A DNA stretch of 64,000 nucleotides from an uncultured Eubacteriales bacterium. GTDB taxonomy: Bacteria > Bacillota > Clostridia > Lachnospirales > CAMVHY01. The DNA lies in contig CAOVHW010000002.1 in assembly GCA_948543815.1 (NCBI GenBank), positions 89,215-153,214 of the forward strand, given 5' to 3'. Below the pieces are notes generated by a model that saw only the letters and a list, made by a program, of their open reading frames with translations, ran no database searches and was not told the origin of the DNA. Positions 61,102 through 64,000 of the stretch are shown one piece after another; the first letter of the stretch is position 1, and every line of letters starts with the position of its first letter. The position numbers and the translations under genes were made by a program.

Positions 61102-61377
61102 TTATCTTTCTTGTGTATGAGATGGAGAACTTTTTGGTGGTTCACCATATGTATGTTTTTTATTAATTCTATCGAAAACAGAGTTTTTATTTTTCTGTTC
61201 ATGCTCAGCAATTATTCCACTAAGTAAAATTTCTATCATTCCTTTTCGTTCCTCTTGCGAATCTATATTCTTTAAAATTTCCTTAACTGTATTTCTCGCT
61301 TCAATTCGATTATTTCCCGTAAAATTTCGATCTATCGCAGCAAATAAATTTTGTTCAGGATTTTCTTCCGTACTCAT
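61102..61377 (-). CDS. Small hypothetical protein
   Basis: About 91-aa charged ORF (MSTEENPEQN...) with AAGGAG upstream and a hairpin terminator downstream. No family recognised. Confidence 0.4.
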   Translation of the reverse strand: MSTEENPEQNLFAAIDRNFTGNNRIEARNTVKEILKNIDSQEERKGMIEILLSGIIAEHEQKNKNSVFDRINKKHTYGEPPKSSPSHTQER

Positions 61378-61495
61378 TAAAAACATCAGCTCCTTGCATA
61401 ATCTTATTTATATATTAACACAAATGTAACAAAAAGTCAAATGTTTTTTCAAAAAATTTTGCTGTATGAAAATAAAATCACAAACAACTTACAAA

Positions 61496-62986
61496 TTATT
61501 TACTAGAAATAAAAAATGAAACTAATACAATTGAAACAAATGCGAATAAAAATGCCGGCAACAATTCATAAACATCAAATATACCGCCAAGCGGCCGCAC
61601 AAAAAATTTCCAAATAAAAACTGTCAAACTTCCTATCAATAAACCGGCAATAATTCCATATTGATTGCTGCGTTTCCAAAATAGTGCACAAAACATTACG
61701 GGACCAAACGCTGCGCCAAATCCTGCCCATGCAAAAGATACAATTTGAAATACATTGCTCTCTGGATTTGCCGCTAAAAAAATAGCAATCACCGCGATAA
61801 CGACAATGGTTAAGCGTGCAGCAAAAACATTTTGCTTTTGAGTCAATTTAAAGCCAAAAACATTTTGCAAAATATTTTCTGAAAACGCTGACGCCGCAGT
61901 TAATAATTGTGAATCTGCAGTCGACATCGTCGCCGCCAAAATCCCGGCTAAAATACATCCGGCAATTATCGAAGAAATAATTCCATAGCGCGACAACAAA
62001 TTTGCAAGTTGCACAACAATTGTTTCGGACGCACTATCTTTTAAAAACGGTAAATATTCAGCATCAGATAAAGCGCGTCCAACAATTCCGATAATCAATG
62101 CACCGCTCATCGAAATCATGGCCCAAAAAGTTGCAATACATCGCGACAATTTCAATTCATTTTCGTTGCGAATTGCCATGAAACGAACAAGGATGTGTGG
62201 CATTCCAAAATATCCGAGACTCCACGCCATTGTGGAAATTATTCGAATAAATCCGTAAGATTCTGAGCGAGCAGTTAAAAAATTGTAAGTGTCAAAGAAA
62301 CTTAAAAAGCCCGGCAAATTTTTAGCATAATTGATAACGGAATTTAATCCGCCCGCACGAACAATTCCGAACGTAACAATAATTGCGAGCGCAATCGTCA
62401 TTATTATTGATTGGACAAGATCGATTGTTGCTACGGCGCTGAATCCGCCAACGGATGTATAAATTATGATGACGAACGCAGCGATTATCACTGAAATCAT
62501 GTAATTCCAACCAAATAAACTGTTAAATAATTTTCCGACAGCTGCCAAACCTGACGCAACATATGGAACAAAAAATATCAAAATAATTAGCGCGGAAATA
62601 CACATAATAATCGGTCGTTTTTCATTGTAACGTTTAGAGAAAAAATCGGGAATCGTTATCGCATTTAATTGTGCACTGTATCGACGCAATGGTTTTGCTA
62701 TCAACAAAAAATTTAAGTATGTTCCAATCGCCAAACCTATTGCTGTCCAACCGGCATCAGCTAATCCAGTTAAATATGCCAAACCGGGAATACCCATAAG
62801 TAAATAACTGCTCATATCACTAGCTTCAGCACTCATAGCTGTTACAAGTGGACCGATATTACGGCCACCAAGATAGAAACCTTCGGCATTTTTTTTCGTA
62901 CGTCGTCCAATTATTACGCCAATAAATATTAACAAAAATAGATAAAAAATAATTGTAGCCATGATGCAAAATTGATTTGCTGTCAT
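61496..62986 (-). CDS. putP: Sodium:proline symporter (SSS family)
   Basis: FYLGGRNIGPLVTAMSAEASDMSSYLLMGIPG signature, about 13 TM helices, 496 aa. Confidence 0.82.
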   Translation of the reverse strand: MTANQFCIMATIIFYLFLLIFIGVIIGRRTKKNAEGFYLGGRNIGPLVTAMSAEASDMSSYLLMGIPGLAYLTGLADAGWTAIGLAIGTYLNFLLIAKPLRRYSAQLNAITIPDFFSKRYNEKRPIIMCISALIILIFFVPYVASGLAAVGKLFNSLFGWNYMISVIIAAFVIIIYTSVGGFSAVATIDLVQSIIMTIALAIIVTFGIVRAGGLNSVINYAKNLPGFLSFFDTYNFLTARSESYGFIRIISTMAWSLGYFGMPHILVRFMAIRNENELKLSRCIATFWAMISMSGALIIGIVGRALSDAEYLPFLKDSASETIVVQLANLLSRYGIISSIIAGCILAGILAATMSTADSQLLTAASAFSENILQNVFGFKLTQKQNVFAARLTIVVIAVIAIFLAANPESNVFQIVSFAWAGFGAAFGPVMFCALFWKRSNQYGIIAGLLIGSLTVFIWKFFVRPLGGIFDVYELLPAFLFAFVSIVLVSFFISSK

Positions 62987-63086
62987 AATTTTCTCCTCGA
63001 TCCATTAAATATTTATTTATAGAAAAAAATTAGAGTTTGAATAAATCAATAATAATTGACAAAAAAAAGATTTTATAAAATTATAC

Positions 63087-63115
63087 TTGACAAATAAAAA
63101 TTTTAATATTAAAAT
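63087..63115 (+). promoter_or_regulatory. Sigma-A-type promoter upstream of the XRE regulator
   Basis: TTGACA (63087-63092), 17-nt spacer, TAAAAT (63110-63115). Confidence 0.5.
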
Positions 63116-63165
63116 ATAAACATAAGATTTATTTTTCAAAAAAATTATAAAAGGAGATTTAAAAA

Positions 63166-63363
63166 ATGAAAAATAAACTTTCTGAATTACGTAAAAAAAG
63201 TCGGATTACGCAAAAAACTCTCTCTGAGGCTTTAAGCGTCTCCAGACAAACTATCAGCGCAATTGAAAACGGACATTATTCACCAACTTTAGGTCTGGCT
63301 TTCAGAATGTCAAAATATTTTAAATTGCCGATAGAAAAAATCTTTACATACGAGACAAATTAA
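63166..63363 (+). CDS. XRE-family helix-turn-helix transcriptional regulator (65 aa)
   Basis: LRKKSRITQKTLSEALSVSRQTISAIENGHYSPTLGLAFRMSKYF is a canonical Cro/C1 HTH. AGGAG SD. Confidence 0.8.
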   Translation: MKNKLSELRKKSRITQKTLSEALSVSRQTISAIENGHYSPTLGLAFRMSKYFKLPIEKIFTYETN

Positions 63364-63378
63364 TTAAACAAATAATTT

Positions 63379-63409
63379 AAAAGTAAGTTCATTTGAACTT
63401 ACTTTTTTT
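63379..63409. terminator. Bidirectional terminator between the XRE gene and nadK
   Basis: 11-bp stem aaagtaagttc / gaacttacttt with a 4-nt loop, followed by a T-run. Confidence 0.7.
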
Positions 63410-64000
63410 ATTTCATAAATTTCTCACGTAATACATCAAAAAAATTTAGCGATTCCATTTTAATAATCTTGGCAAAAAAATTTGAACGTTTAATAATAAT
63501 ATCTTTCTCTGCTGGTAAATTTTTTTGACCATCAAAAATTATTTTCACATTGTCAAGTTTACTTTTTATCGAAATTTTCATCTCATCATCATTAGAAATT
63601 ATTATCGGTCGTGAATATAAAGTATGTGGACAAATTGGTGTGAGAACAAAAACAGGTAAAGTTGGTTTGATAATTGGACCACCTGCCGATAAATTATAAG
63701 CTGTTGAACCCGTCGGCGTTGAAATAATCAATCCATCAGCTTTATAATTCCCAACAAAATCATTGTTGACAAATAAATCAAAACAAATCAAGCGTGCCTC
63801 AAATGATTTTCCAATACAAATATCGTTTAACGCAACATTATTTTTCAACTGAAGCATGGAACGTTTTTCAATCGTGTAATATTTGTTTAACAAATTATCT
63901 ATTGCCAAGAAAACATTTTTTTTTTCAGCGCCAGTAAGAAATCCGAGATGTCCAAAATTTATGCCAAGAATCGGTTTATCAAATTCCGCATATTTGCGCG
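63408..64000 (-). CDS. nadK: NAD kinase (N-terminus beyond the window edge)
   Basis: The frame stays open upstream of the track's TTG to the window end and encodes ...DKPILGINFGHLGFLTGAE, the GxxGxLGFL NAD-kinase motif. Downstream are DGLIISTPTGSTAYNLSAGGPI. Confidence 0.85.
   Translation of the reverse strand, partial: RKYAEFDKPILGINFGHLGFLTGAEKKNVFLAIDNLLNKYYTIEKRSMLQLKNNVALNDICIGKSFEARLICFDLFVNNDFVGNYKADGLIISTPTGSTAYNLSAGGPIIKPTLPVFVLTPICPHTLYSRPIIISNDDEMKISIKSKLDNVKIIFDGQKNLPAEKDIIIKRSNFFAKIIKMESLNFFDVLREKFMK

Overview
This is a strongly AT-rich, very gene-dense window with about 50 protein genes, 5 tRNAs and short intergenic regions. It reads as core chromosome of a low-GC, endospore-forming Firmicute (Clostridia-like); I cannot name the taxon.

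Recognisable content:
- Housekeeping: a type IIA topoisomerase pair, asnS, rny, a cold-shock protein, comM, engB, uvrB, cls, pgk, PFOR, holA, comEC, ligA, pnp/rpsO, murB and putP.
- Sporulation markers: spoIVB, dpaA/dpaB, a GerM-like gene, yunB and a NodB deacetylase.
- NAD salvage: pncB, nadE and nadK.
- tRNA operons: two small ones, Phe-Gly-Gly and Tyr-Leu.

I see no transposase, integrase, phage module, rRNA or CRISPR array. All family calls come from motif recognition by eye; no searches were run.

No compact multi-gene module resembling a known defence or mobile system is visible. The best candidates for new biology are:
1. Two large low-complexity orphan proteins. One is a 1038-aa soluble Trp-rich plus coiled-coil protein next to a tRNA operon. 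The other is a ~900-aa protein with a repetitive coiled coil and a C-terminal membrane anchor, next to yunB.
2. A Cas4-like 4Fe-4S PD-(D/E)XK nuclease that is split by a frameshift inside a hydrophobic insert and is translationally coupled to the exonuclease gene yhaM.
3. An ABC ATPase / five-domain CARDB-like surface protein / FtsX-permease operon whose ATPase seems to start at ATT.
4. An intact orphan GspF/ComGB platform gene.
5. A membrane-anchored Mbeg1/DUF2974-like hydrolase.
6. A glycine-zipper membrane protein next to the second tRNA operon.
7. A NadE whose glutaminase nucleophile appears to be missing.
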